Shown here: positions 1 through 11,266 of the stretch, one piece after another
Position numbering within the stretch: the first letter of the stretch is position 1
How the letters are laid out: every line of letters starts with the position of its first letter
Position numbers and translations under genes: made by a program
Origin: Vulcanimicrobiales bacterium
GTDB taxonomy: Bacteria; Vulcanimicrobiota; Vulcanimicrobiia; Vulcanimicrobiales; Vulcanimicrobiaceae
Assembly: GCA_038231455.1 (NCBI GenBank)
Contig: JBBRLI010000014.1
Coordinates: forward strand, 1 to 64,000
Length of the DNA: 64,000 nt
Reading direction: 5' to 3'
Notes under the pieces: generated by a model
Databases searched by the model: none
What the model was told of the DNA's origin: nothing
Seen by the model: only the letters and a program-made list of their open reading frames with translations

Positions 1-108
1 GACCATCGCGTGCCCGCTGCGGATCTTCTCGAAGAGTCGGTGGGCAGTCGATTCTTCGGAAGCACGAAACCGCTGCGGTACGAGTAACGGAGTATCAGCG
101 GATGCCAA
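1..108 (-). CDS. N-terminus of a gene running off the left edge, possibly a nucleotide-sugar dehydrogenase
   Basis: Open minus frame from TTG at 108: MASADTPLLVPQRFRASEESTAHRLFEKIRSGHAMV. The last part resembles the segment preceding the GxGxxG motif in WecC/TviB-like enzymes, but the motif itself is outside the window. Confidence 0.35.
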   Translation of the reverse strand, partial: MASADTPLLVPQRFRASEESTAHRLFEKIRSGHAMV

Positions 109-393
109 GGGAATCACGTCCTAAAACCGGCGAACATTTATGATCTATGCTGCGACTACCCGAACGTGCTCTACTTGCCCGACAAAAGACGGGTCAAACC
201 GAAATCATTCCGCGGGGCCCCTGGCATGATGAAAAAGAAACCAGAGACGCGCGTCCGTGTCCTCGTCCTTCTCGCTTGTCGTGCCGTTGCTGGACTCTGC
301 GGCGGATCGAATCCAATTGCGGGCGGATCAGCGATCGCGGGCGCGACGACGCATACGCGGTCGCTGCAACGATCGACCAAAGAAAGCCACAAG

Positions 394-471
394 TGGGGTG
401 AATGACGGGTCTCGAACCCGCGACCTCCGGAATCACAACCCGGCGCTCTAACCAACTGAGCTACACTCACC
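394..471 (-). tRNA. tRNA-His(GTG)
   Basis: Cloverleaf with G-1, acceptor stem GTGAGTG/CATTCAC, anticodon loop TT-GTG-AT, T-loop TTCGAGA, discriminator C and encoded CCA. Confidence 0.97.
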
Positions 472-592
472 ACGCGGCTGTGGCGACCCGCACGCATTCG
501 CGCATCGCACCCGCGACCCCCCCACGGCTCGCGGAACTTGCACGCGTGTGTTCTAATAGTGTTTGGCCCTCGTCCGTTACGGCGAGGGAGGT

Positions 593-666
593 CGGGATGT
601 AGCTCAGCCTGGTAGAGCGCGCCGTTTGGGGCGGTGAGGTCGCACGTTCAAGTCGTGTCATCCCGA
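593..666 (+). tRNA. tRNA-Pro(TGG)
   Basis: Acceptor stem CGGGATG/CATCCCG, anticodon loop TT-TGG-GG, T-loop TTCAAGT; CCA not encoded. Confidence 0.96.
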
Positions 667-682
667 AAGTTTTCGCTGCCGC

Positions 683-756
683 GTGCCCGTGGTCTAACCG
701 GATAAGGCATCCGCCTTCTAAGCGGAACGATGGGGGTTCGAATCCCTCCGGGCGCA
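683..756 (+). tRNA. tRNA-Arg(TCT)
   Basis: Acceptor stem GTGCCCG/CGGGCGC, anticodon arm TCCGC-CT-TCT-AA-GCGGA, T-loop TTCGAAT; CCA not encoded. Confidence 0.96.
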
Positions 757-773
757 CGTCCCTTGGCGGGTGC

Positions 774-1373
774 CTATGCGGGATGCGTCGCCGTTCTCAG
801 TTGACGGAGCAACATGCGGGCAGCCCGCCCGCGATGACTGATCGCATTTTTCTGCGCGGCATCGAGCTCGGCGAACGTTTTCTGTTCCGGTGGGTACGTG
901 AAGATCGGATCGAACGAGAACCCCGCGACGCCCCGCTCGTGCTCGGCGATCGTCCCTTCGACCGTTCCGAACGCCGTGTACTCGACGCCCGCCGCGCTGA
1001 TAAAATGGAGGGCGCTCACGAAGCGTGCTCGCCGGTCGGCTACACCGCGCAGCTCGTTGAGCAACAATGCGCGACGCTGCGCCCACGTTGCGTCTTCTCC
1101 GCCATACGCGGCCGTCACAACGCCCGGTCGGCCGCCAAGCGCGGCGACTTCGAGGCCCGAGTCATCCGCGATCACGTTTGCATCGATCCCGTCGCGCTGC
1201 ATCTGATCGTAGAGGGCGTTCGCTTTGATCATCGCGTTTTCCGTATAGGACGATTCGCCCTCGACCGGATCGCGGTAGTCCGCAAAGGTCGCCATTTCCA
1301 GCGGCCCATCGGCGAAGATCGCCTGCAATTCCGCGAGTTTGCCGGCGTTCTTCGTTGCGACGTAGACGAGCAC
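774..1373 (-). CDS. rdgB: RdgB/HAM1 non-canonical purine NTP pyrophosphatase
   Basis: Motifs ATKNAGK, ENAMIKA, ADDSGL, GFSFDPIF and KNAISHR. Confidence 0.93.
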   Translation of the reverse strand: MLVYVATKNAGKLAELQAIFADGPLEMATFADYRDPVEGESSYTENAMIKANALYDQMQRDGIDANVIADDSGLEVAALGGRPGVVTAAYGGEDATWAQRRALLLNELRGVADRRARFVSALHFISAAGVEYTAFGTVEGTIAEHERGVAGFSFDPIFTYPPEQKTFAELDAAQKNAISHRGRAARMLLRQLRTATHPA

Positions 1374-1377
1374 GGAC

Positions 1378-3207
<1,830 letters not shown>

Positions 3208-3225
3208 GCTACTTTGACGCCGTAA

Positions 3226-3498
3226 CTAACGCAGGACGCACGCAGCGAAGGTCTGCGGTCCGACGATTTGGGAGTTGACCAAATTGAGCACGAGCATCAA
3301 AACGAGGAACGAGAGATCGAGGCCGCCGATCGGCGGGATGATGCGGCGCAGCGGTACCAGTACCGGATCGACGAGCATCGCAAGGTAGCGCGTCCAGGAG
3401 CCCTGGAGACTCGGAATCCACGAGACGACCGCGTAGGCCAGTAGCACGAAGAAATAGACGCGCAAGAGTTGTCCGACGATTTCGTAGGCGATACACAC
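3226..3498 (-). CDS. YggT family membrane protein
   Basis: 90 aa, hydrophobic, with DPVLVPLRRIIPPIGGLDLS signature. Confidence 0.9.
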   Translation of the reverse strand: MCIAYEIVGQLLRVYFFVLLAYAVVSWIPSLQGSWTRYLAMLVDPVLVPLRRIIPPIGGLDLSFLVLMLVLNLVNSQIVGPQTFAACVLR

Positions 3499-3501
3499 GA
3501 G

Positions 3502-4452
3502 CTAATGACCCTCGCCCGTATCGGGCAGTGCTGCCATGACGCTAGCCGGAACGCCCGTCAGGAACGGTTCGGGATTGATGGCTTGACCCAAATACATGAC
3601 CTGGTAGTGAAGATGCGGACCGGTCGATTCGCCGGTTGAGCCAACGTTCGCGATCGGCTCGCCTTTGACGACACGATCGCCCGCGTGCACGTGTACGGCG
3701 GAGAGATGTGCGTACCACGTATGGTACCCATTCCCATGATCGATATCGATCTTGTTGCCGAAACCGCCGGCATCCCAGCCCGCCGAGACGACCGTGCCGA
3801 CGGCCGTAGCGCGTACGACGTCGCCGTAATTCGCGGCAAGATCGACGCCTTTGTGGAATTCGCGGAACGGCGAACTGCGATACCCGTAACCCGATGCGAC
3901 ATCGGCATTCGCCGGATTGATCGAGGGAATCGCAGCGATCAACTGCGCACGCGCGATCGAGGCGATGTGACGCAAGTTGAGCACGCGCATCGCCATCTTC
4001 TGCAGGCGGCGCGAATCGGTCAGTTGCGAGAGCGACGCGCTCTTAAGGGCGGCGATCGTGCGCGCGACACCCGCAAACGACGGACGCCCCGTTTCATGCG
4101 GTGCGACGAAGGCGTGTTTTACCGGCTTTGCGTTCTTATCGATCCCGATCGCGCGGCGAATCTCTTGATTCTCGCGCTGTAAGGTCTTGAGCTGGTTCCC
4201 GAGCGCCTCGGCTTCGCGGTCGATCGTGGAGAGCTTGTCGCGCTGCGTTTGCGTGAGCGCTTCCATTTCGTGCAAGCGCACTTCGGCTTGATGCAGTTGA
4301 AACGTATGAACGCCCGCGGCTCCGAGCAACGCGGCAAGCAACACGATACCGACGATAGCAAGGTGGCGCCGCGTGAAATGAACGCGATACACGCTCGTGC
4401 CGCCGGGCGGGATGATCTTGATGAGGAACGCGCGTCGAAAAGCGTCGTTCAT
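3502..4452 (-). CDS. M23 family metallopeptidase with N-terminal TM segment and coiled coil
   Basis: HKGVD (HxxxD), YAHL and STGPHLHY motifs. Confidence 0.92.
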   Translation of the reverse strand: MNDAFRRAFLIKIIPPGGTSVYRVHFTRRHLAIVGIVLLAALLGAAGVHTFQLHQAEVRLHEMEALTQTQRDKLSTIDREAEALGNQLKTLQRENQEIRRAIGIDKNAKPVKHAFVAPHETGRPSFAGVARTIAALKSASLSQLTDSRRLQKMAMRVLNLRHIASIARAQLIAAIPSINPANADVASGYGYRSSPFREFHKGVDLAANYGDVVRATAVGTVVSAGWDAGGFGNKIDIDHGNGYHTWYAHLSAVHVHAGDRVVKGEPIANVGSTGESTGPHLHYQVMYLGQAINPEPFLTGVPASVMAALPDTGEGH

Positions 4453-4934
4453 GAGACACGGGCCCGGTCGATTGCATCGCGCTCTTCTTTAGAAAGGTCG
4501 ACGGCGGCGGCGAATTTCGCGATCGCTTTGCCGTACGTGCGCGTCTCTTCGCGCGACCACACGCTCGAAACGACCACGCCGTCGCCGTCGCGATTGAGGA
4601 GCGCGAGGGCATAGCTTAAGTCGGAGCCCGTATCGTCGAAGGCGTTATAGCGTATGAAACCGATGCGCGGGACTTCGAGCCGGGCGATCCGTTCGAGTTC
4701 GTCGAGCCGCGAGCCGTAGAGCGTGCGGGCTTGGCCGAGTGCGGCGAGTTCGCGTTCGATCGTCGAGATGCGGTCGGTCGCCTTCGCAGAGCCGCCACCC
4801 AGGAGTTCGTCGTGCGAGGCCACAGCTAGGCCCAGACGCCGCAAACGCGGGCCGACGACCAAGACGTGATAGCCTCCGAGCAGGACAAGAACGCTGCCAA
4901 TCGAGGCCAGCGCGACGCTGAAAAGTTGCTGCAA
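4449..4934 (-). CDS. DUF4446 family protein
   Basis: N-terminal TM segment; RYNAFDDTGSDLSYALALL and GVVVSSVWSREETRTYGK motifs. Confidence 0.8.
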   Translation of the reverse strand: MQQLFSVALASIGSVLVLLGGYHVLVVGPRLRRLGLAVASHDELLGGGSAKATDRISTIERELAALGQARTLYGSRLDELERIARLEVPRIGFIRYNAFDDTGSDLSYALALLNRDGDGVVVSSVWSREETRTYGKAIAKFAAAVDLSKEERDAIDRARVS

Positions 4935-4980
4935 GATTTCCTAAAAGTGCGCTTCGAGTGGAGAGCACGGGCATGAAAAA

Positions 4981-5098
4981 GCCAAGACGAGGGCCAGGTG
5001 ATCCGCGGCACACGAAAGGGCCCGCTTACCGTTGCTCCCTTCCGGTCCTGGCGGGGTTCACGGGTTTGCGTTGCGCGGAGCCCAACCCTCGTCGAGGC
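4981..5098 (-). ncRNA. ffs: signal recognition particle RNA (small bacterial 4.5S type)
   Basis: Minus strand has the helix-8 core CCAGGACCGGAAGGGAGCAACGG, terminal pairing GACGAGGG...CCCTCGTC, a following T5 run, and TAGTAT upstream. Confidence 0.9.
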
Positions 5099-5131
5099 TT
5101 CCCCTATGATACTACGCCGGGCACCGGGCCC

Positions 5132-6073
5132 CTAGCCGTCGCTGCGAAATCCGGCCGGAACGGCGAAGAGGAATTGGGCGCTGGAATCGAGGGCCTGAAC
5201 GTTTCCCCGCTCGACCAAGAAGCCGATCGGCGAGATGGTCCCTGCGAGTGCCGATCCGATCCGCTGCAGGCGGAAAACGGCCAGCTGAGCGACCGGCTCG
5301 ACCGGCCCGGAATTGCGCGCCCGGATGCTCGGCGTGCAGCCGTTCTGGGCGACCCAACTCACCGGAGCCGGTGGAACACTCGATCGACGGGCCGGGCAAT
5401 TCCGATGCGGTTCGGGGATGCGAGCGTAGTAGGTTTGCATCGCGGCGGTGAGCGTTCCGCCGAGGCATGTGCCGGTGGAACCGCTCAGCTCGATACGCTC
5501 GATCGCAGCAAAGCCCAGTGTCTTCATCCCCGCAATCGTCTGTTCGCCGAATGCGACGCCATCGTGATAGACGATGCCACGGGCCGTCCCGGTACCGCTT
5601 GGGGCGGGGTCATCGGCCGCGGGCACGGCAATGCGATACCGTTTACGTTCGAGATCGAGGTAGATCACCTGATGCACATCGCATTTATAGATCGTCGCTG
5701 TTCGAGCCGCCGGATCGTCGACGCGCTCCCAACCATTGAGGAAGGCATGACGCTCGAGTCGGCCGGGAGCGAACGGGGCGAGGGCCGCGGCGAGCCGCCC
5801 GAGTCCGCCGTCGCGCGCCGCCTTCGCTTGCTCCTCCCGCGATCCGAAGATGCCGCGCCGCCGGGTTGCGGGCGCCGGGACTGCGGGGCTTGCTTCGAGT
5901 GCCGCAAGATCGAGGGCGAACGCATCGGGAGGCGGCGGCGTCGCATCGCTTGGAACGACCCGCGAGATTTCATCGTACACAAGACCGGGCGTGCTCTGTG
6001 CCTGTGGAACCCCCGGTACGAGCAACAGAAACAGCGCGAAGAACGCGGTCGTGTGAAACAACGAACGGAGCAT
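5132..6073 (-). CDS. hypothetical exported protein
   Basis: 313 aa ORF with Sec-type signal peptide (AQA-like cleavage region); family not recognised. Confidence 0.65.
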   Translation of the reverse strand: MLRSLFHTTAFFALFLLLVPGVPQAQSTPGLVYDEISRVVPSDATPPPPDAFALDLAALEASPAVPAPATRRRGIFGSREEQAKAARDGGLGRLAAALAPFAPGRLERHAFLNGWERVDDPAARTATIYKCDVHQVIYLDLERKRYRIAVPAADDPAPSGTGTARGIVYHDGVAFGEQTIAGMKTLGFAAIERIELSGSTGTCLGGTLTAAMQTYYARIPEPHRNCPARRSSVPPAPVSWVAQNGCTPSIRARNSGPVEPVAQLAVFRLQRIGSALAGTISPIGFLVERGNVQALDSSAQFLFAVPAGFRSDG

Positions 6074-6090
6074 CCCGTAAACATTTTTCG

Positions 6091-7266
6091 ATGGTAGTCG
6101 GCGTCCTTCGCAATTTGCGTGCCCGGGCCGGGCGATCGATTCTCACGATCGCCGGCATCGCCATCGGCATTCTTGCACTCGTGGTCGTCGGTTCGCTCGC
6201 CGAGCGTCTCGGGACGATCGTGACGCGCTCGACCGGCCTCAACAACGGCGCGATCTTCGCGATGGCGACGCGCGGCGACATCATGGCAAGCGATCAAACG
6301 GATCGGGTGAATGTCGCGATGGCAAAGATCCGCACGTTCCGCGGTGTCCGCGCGATCGTTCCCGAGGTGATCTTACCGTACAGTCTTGCAAGCAGCCGCG
6401 AGAGTTCGCGCTTCGGTCCGCCTTCGCTCATCTTCGGATTTCCACCGGAGGCGCGGAATTTTTCGAACGGCGCGATCGCCGTCCGGTCCGGTCGGGACCT
6501 GCGCGATGACGACGTGCGCGCGGCCGTGATCGGCGCCGACTTCGCGGCCAGCGCCCACGCGACGCTCGGCACGACGATCTCGCTGTACGGCAACAGCTTC
6601 CACGTCGTCGGGGTGATCGACAAATCGTTCACCATCTTCGATGCGGCAATCGTCGTGCCGTTCGCGCAGGCGCAGGCGCTCATGCGCCAGATCGTGCCGC
6701 CAATGGCAAGCACGTTACCGAAAGCGAGCGCCTCGGCGCTGATGGTCGTCGTCGAACCGCACGCCGACACGGCGCTCATCGCAAAACGCATCAGCTTCAT
6801 CGCCGGTCTCCAGGCCCGCGATCCCGCAGAAGTCGCGGGGAGCATCCGCTCGACAACGCAAATCTTCGATGCGATCATTTTCGGCGCCGCGCTCATCGCG
6901 CTCTTGGTCGGCGCGTTCTCGATCGTGAACACGATGACGATCGCGGTCACCGAACGCACGCGCGAGATCGGCATCCGTAAAGCCATCGGCGCGCGCGACG
7001 ATGATATTCTGCGAGAATTTCTCATCGAAGCGGGCGCGATCGGTCTCCTCGGGGGACTCGTCGGTCTTGCTGCGGGGGCCGGGGTTGTGGGATACGTCGA
7101 CGCCCACAACGCATCGAGCGGGAATCTCGAACTCTTCGCCATTACCGTGCGCCTCGCGCTCGGCTCCGTCGCCTTCGCCGTCGTGCTCTCGGTCATCGCC
7201 GGTCTGATCCCGGCGATCCGCGCAGCTCGCCTCGATCCGACCGAAGCGCTGCGACGAAACGCGTGA
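6091..7266 (+). CDS. MacB/FtsX-family ABC transporter permease
   Basis: RSILTIAGIAIGI N-terminus, ERTREIGIRKAIGA and PAIRAARLDP; start set at ATG 6091. Confidence 0.9.
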   Translation: MVVGVLRNLRARAGRSILTIAGIAIGILALVVVGSLAERLGTIVTRSTGLNNGAIFAMATRGDIMASDQTDRVNVAMAKIRTFRGVRAIVPEVILPYSLASSRESSRFGPPSLIFGFPPEARNFSNGAIAVRSGRDLRDDDVRAAVIGADFAASAHATLGTTISLYGNSFHVVGVIDKSFTIFDAAIVVPFAQAQALMRQIVPPMASTLPKASASALMVVVEPHADTALIAKRISFIAGLQARDPAEVAGSIRSTTQIFDAIIFGAALIALLVGAFSIVNTMTIAVTERTREIGIRKAIGARDDDILREFLIEAGAIGLLGGLVGLAAGAGVVGYVDAHNASSGNLELFAITVRLALGSVAFAVVLSVIAGLIPAIRAARLDPTEALRRNA

Positions 7267-7305
7267 CACGCACGTTTTCAAGCCACCACTCTCCGGGAGA
7301 CCTCC

Positions 7306-9348
7306 GTGCATTCACGTCCCTTTGCCGCCTCGCTGCTCGCCGCCATTATCGGACTCACCGCCGCTTCGCCTTCGCCGATGCCGCAAGGGACCGACAATGC
7401 GATTCTTGCGATCGATTGGACCCTCACGCCCGCGCAGATCAAGGCATCCTGCGCGCAGGCGATCGCAACGGCGAATACGGCCATCGGTCGCATTGCCGCC
7501 GTTCCGGTCCGCGGCCGCACGTTCGCCACGGTCGTCGCGCCCCTTGAAGCGGCATTTGCGGATTTGAACGATCGCACCGCCGCCCAGCAATTTCTGTACA
7601 ACGTGTCAACGTCTGCGCCCGTTCGGACCGCTTCGAACGCATGCAGCACGCAAATCGGTAATTTTTCGAGCGAAGCAACGGCGCGACCCGATCTCTATCT
7701 TGCGCTTGCCGCCGCGCAATCGAGCAAGACGGCATCGGGCGATGCGCAAATCAAACTCACCGATCTCTGGGTGATCGCCGCTCGCCGTGCCGGCGCGGGA
7801 TTAACGGATCAGAAACAGCGTCAGTTCGTTGCACTGAATAAGCAACTCACCGCGCTGCAGAACGCTTTCGGGGCAAATCTCGGTAACGATCAGACGACGA
7901 TCGTCTTGCCGTCCGCGCTGGCCGTCGGTCTGCCCGATGATTTCACGGCCGGCTTGAAAAAGAATTCGGCCGGTTCGTTCGTCGTGCCCGCCAACGAGAG
8001 CACGTATCCAACGTTCATGCAAAACGCGTCGATCTCGGCTGCGCGCAAGCAGATGTATGTTGCGTATCAGAATCGCGAATCAACGAAGAACGTTGCCTTG
8101 CTCGAGCAGGCGATCGGCGTGCGCGACGCACTCGCGCATCTCTTTGGCTATCCGACGTGGGCGGCGTACGTGCTCGCCGACCGCATGGCCCAGACGCCGA
8201 CGCGCGTCAACGAATTCCTCAAACAAATCGACACGGCGATCTTGCCGAAGGCACGCGCCGAATTCGCAACGCTAGCCGCGCTCAACGGCGGAACGCTGCA
8301 ACCCTGGGACGAGCGTTTCATCGAGAACAAGCTGCGCAAATCGAAATACGCGGTCGACACGAACGCAATCCGCCAGTATTTTCCCGTCCAGCACACGATC
8401 GATAGCGTCCTTGCAATCTACTCGAAGCTGCTCGGCGTACAATTCACGCGGGTCGCTCAGCCGAGCGATTGGAACGCGGAAGTCCTCAATTACACGGTCG
8501 CCGATACGGCGACCGGCAAGCTCGTTGGGACCTTCTATCTCGACCTCTACCCGCGTCCGGGCAAGTACGATCATTTTGCAAACTTCCCGCTCGTCACGCG
8601 GCGCGTGCTCTCCGAGGGCAGCGTCCGCGCACCCATCGCCGCTATCGTTGGCAATTGGCCGCGTCCGGCAGCGGGGAAGCCCGCGCTGCTCTCACACGAC
8701 GACGTCGAGACGTTCTTCCACGAGTTCGGCCACAACATGGCAGCGATGCTAGCAAACGAACCGTACGAGACGCTGACGAACGGCTTCCGCCAAGACTTCG
8801 TCGAGGCACCCTCGCAGATGCTCGAAAACTGGGTTTGGGATCCGGCGATCCTCAAGGAACTTAGCTCGAAGGTGACCACCGGCGCGCCGCTGCCCGACGA
8901 CCTCATCGCCAAGATGATCGCCGCGCGCTACTTCAACTACTCGCTCTCGACCACACAGCAGATTCTCTACGCGTCGGTCGACATGGCCTATCACACGACC
9001 GGCAAACGCGTCGACACGACTGCGACCTGGAAACGCATCCAAGCCGCCGTGACGCCAAATCAATTCGTCGACGGCACGCATCCGCAAGCGAGCTTTGGCC
9101 ACTTGATGGGCGGCTACGATGCGGGTTACTACGGTTACCAATGGTCGAAGGTTTACGCGCAAGACATGTTTTCCGCATTCCAGTCGGCAGGCTTAGAAAA
9201 CCCGGAAATCGGCCTCAAATATCGGACCGACGTCCTCGCACCCGCGCGAACCTACGAACCCGATACCGAAGTGGCAAAGCTCCTCGGACGGCCGATGAGT
9301 CCGAACGCGTTCTATAAGGAACTCGGGATCGTGCCGCCCACAAGATGA
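7306..9348 (+). CDS. M3A family (thimet oligopeptidase-like) metallopeptidase with signal peptide
   Basis: FYLDLYPRPGKY, FFHEFGH, DFVEAPSQMLENW and GYDAGYYGY; hydrophobic N-terminus. Confidence 0.92.
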   Translation: MHSRPFAASLLAAIIGLTAASPSPMPQGTDNAILAIDWTLTPAQIKASCAQAIATANTAIGRIAAVPVRGRTFATVVAPLEAAFADLNDRTAAQQFLYNVSTSAPVRTASNACSTQIGNFSSEATARPDLYLALAAAQSSKTASGDAQIKLTDLWVIAARRAGAGLTDQKQRQFVALNKQLTALQNAFGANLGNDQTTIVLPSALAVGLPDDFTAGLKKNSAGSFVVPANESTYPTFMQNASISAARKQMYVAYQNRESTKNVALLEQAIGVRDALAHLFGYPTWAAYVLADRMAQTPTRVNEFLKQIDTAILPKARAEFATLAALNGGTLQPWDERFIENKLRKSKYAVDTNAIRQYFPVQHTIDSVLAIYSKLLGVQFTRVAQPSDWNAEVLNYTVADTATGKLVGTFYLDLYPRPGKYDHFANFPLVTRRVLSEGSVRAPIAAIVGNWPRPAAGKPALLSHDDVETFFHEFGHNMAAMLANEPYETLTNGFRQDFVEAPSQMLENWVWDPAILKELSSKVTTGAPLPDDLIAKMIAARYFNYSLSTTQQILYASVDMAYHTTGKRVDTTATWKRIQAAVTPNQFVDGTHPQASFGHLMGGYDAGYYGYQWSKVYAQDMFSAFQSAGLENPEIGLKYRTDVLAPARTYEPDTEVAKLLGRPMSPNAFYKELGIVPPTR

Positions 9349-10040
9349 GTGCGCTCGTGAGCGTGAAGGATCTGATCAAAATTCACGCGGCTGGCAAGCC
9401 GACCGAAGTTCGTGCCCTCGACGGCATCTCGTTTGAGGTACCGCGCGGCGCATTCTATGCGATCGTCGGCGAAAGCGGCAGCGGGAAAACCACGCTCATG
9501 CACGTCCTCGGCGGGCTCGATCGTGCGACGAGCGGCAACGTCATCGTTGATGGCGTCGATCTTGCCGGTTCGCGCGCTTCTCTTGCATCGCTACGCGCGC
9601 AGAAAATCGGCTTTATCTTTCAAGGCTTCAACCTGATCCCATCGCTCGACGCTCTGGAAAACGTCGTCCTTGCGGCACACTACGCACGCCTATCATCGAC
9701 CACGGCGCGGCAGCGTGCGCACGAATTGCTGGCCGAGGTTGGCCTCGCCGAGCGTCTGCATCATCTGCCCGCGCAGCTCAGCGGTGGGCAGCAACAACGT
9801 GTCGCGATCGCCCGCGCGCTCATCAACGAGCCCGCGCTGATCCTGGCAGACGAACCAACGGGCGAACTCGATACGAAAACGGCGGACGCCGTCCTTGCCT
9901 TGCTCGAAAAACTCAACCGCGAGCGCGGGCAAACAATCGTGGTCGTCACGCACAGTTCGAATGTCTGGCACCGCGCGCAGCGCGTGATTCGACTCGCGGA
10001 CGGGCGTATCGAATCGATCGAGGATGCCGCCATTGCGTAG
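9345..10040 (+). CDS. ABC transporter ATP-binding protein (LolD/MacB type)
   Basis: Walker A GESGSGKT, signature LSGGQQQR, Walker B ILADEPTG. Confidence 0.95.
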   Translation: MSALVSVKDLIKIHAAGKPTEVRALDGISFEVPRGAFYAIVGESGSGKTTLMHVLGGLDRATSGNVIVDGVDLAGSRASLASLRAQKIGFIFQGFNLIPSLDALENVVLAAHYARLSSTTARQRAHELLAEVGLAERLHHLPAQLSGGQQQRVAIARALINEPALILADEPTGELDTKTADAVLALLEKLNRERGQTIVVVTHSSNVWHRAQRVIRLADGRIESIEDAAIA

Positions 10041-10749
10041 CCTCATGATCCTCGGGCTCGCGTTCATCGTGGGATGCACGAGCGCGACTGCGCCACACGT
10101 GGCTTCACCGAGGGTATCCGCTGGCAGGCCCGTTGCGATCAGCGTGCTCGGCGATAGCCTCGCCTTCGGGACGGGTGCCTCCGAACCGACGGGCGGCTTC
10201 GCCTTTCGTCTTTACGAGTCGATCGAACGCGAACGACCGGGGAGCGAGATTACGAATGATGCGATCGGCGGCACGACCGTTGCCGACGTGTTGCGTTTGG
10301 AAGTCGACCGACTGCGCGGGACGCATCCGGATCTGATCGTTGTGTGCGTCGGCGGCAATGACGTCGTGCGCCGCACCGATCCGCACGCCTTCGCACGTTC
10401 GTACGCACGACTCGTGGACGCAATTCGGCGCGAGGTGCCGCAAGCAGAGCTCGTTCTCGTCGGCGTCCCCAACGTCGCGACAAGTCCGCTCTTTGCCGAC
10501 TTCGATGCGCGGGCAATCGCCCTCTTCTCGCGCGAGGATGACGCGGCGGTGCGTTCGAACGCCGTGCGGACGGGAGCCGGATTTGTCGATCTTTTCGCAC
10601 TCTCGCAGGCAGCCAAAAGCCGGCCCGGTTTCTTCTCAAGCGATCAGTTTCACCCGTCGGACGACGGGCACGAACGCATCGCCGAACGTGCACTGCCGAT
10701 CGTCGAACGCGCGCTAGCGACGGCGACACGGGTTCGTCCGCCCGCTTAG
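10024..10749 (+). CDS. SGNH/GDSL hydrolase, probable lipoprotein
   Basis: GDSL, GGND and DQFHP blocks; lipobox-like IVGC. Confidence 0.88.
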   Translation: MPPLRSLMILGLAFIVGCTSATAPHVASPRVSAGRPVAISVLGDSLAFGTGASEPTGGFAFRLYESIERERPGSEITNDAIGGTTVADVLRLEVDRLRGTHPDLIVVCVGGNDVVRRTDPHAFARSYARLVDAIRREVPQAELVLVGVPNVATSPLFADFDARAIALFSREDDAAVRSNAVRTGAGFVDLFALSQAAKSRPGFFSSDQFHPSDDGHERIAERALPIVERALATATRVRPPA

Positions 10750-10762
10750 AGAACGGACTCGG

Positions 10763-11266
10763 ATGCTCCAAAACGCGGGACATCCGAGCGGTCTGCTCAG
10801 CATTATCTCGGCGATGATTACGCCCGCTATTCTGATTCTCGCGACCGGTTCGCTCGTTGCCTCGACGCTCACGCGGCTCGGCCGGATCGTCGACCGTGCA
10901 CGGTCACTCTTGCGCGACATCCGCGAATTTCGCTTGACGGGAGATACGATCGACGAGGGGCTGAGCGTCGAATGGCTCAAGAGCTACAATCGTCGTGCGG
11001 CCTTTGCCGAACGCGCGCTCACGATCTACTATGTGGCGATCTTCTTATTTGTTGCCGCGAGTCTTGCGATTGCAATCGACGATATCACCCGCGGCTACGT
11101 TCCGTGGTTGGCGCTTGCACTGACGGTCATCGGCGCGTTTTGCCTGTTCGCCGGCACCGCGGCGCTCGTCTTCGAGACAAACATCGCAACCGGACAAATC
11201 CGTTTGGAGATCGAGGCGACGCTGAGCCCCGATCTCCAAAGCCCGTCGTCTAAACTGCGGTTGTAG
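10763..11266 (+). CDS. DUF2721 membrane protein
   Basis: AMITPAILI...RLGRIVDRAR followed by two TM segments. Confidence 0.75.
   Translation: MLQNAGHPSGLLSIISAMITPAILILATGSLVASTLTRLGRIVDRARSLLRDIREFRLTGDTIDEGLSVEWLKSYNRRAAFAERALTIYYVAIFLFVAASLAIAIDDITRGYVPWLALALTVIGAFCLFAGTAALVFETNIATGQIRLEIEATLSPDLQSPSSKLRL

Noticed and set aside
109-393. Non-coding stretch downstream of tRNA-His as a riboswitch or island boundary
   Set aside because: No recognisable riboswitch core, no integrase and no duplicated tRNA 3' end within the window.
567-588. Hairpin CCCTCG...CGAGGG just before tRNA-Pro
   Set aside because: Short GC-rich stem with no U-tail; no function can be supported.
147-757. Short ORFs overlapping the tRNA cluster
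   Set aside because: They are translations of tRNA-His, -Pro and -Arg sequence with no protein motifs.
4958-6097. 379-aa plus-strand ORF
   Set aside because: Antisense to the SRP RNA and to a signal-peptide-bearing gene; no motifs.
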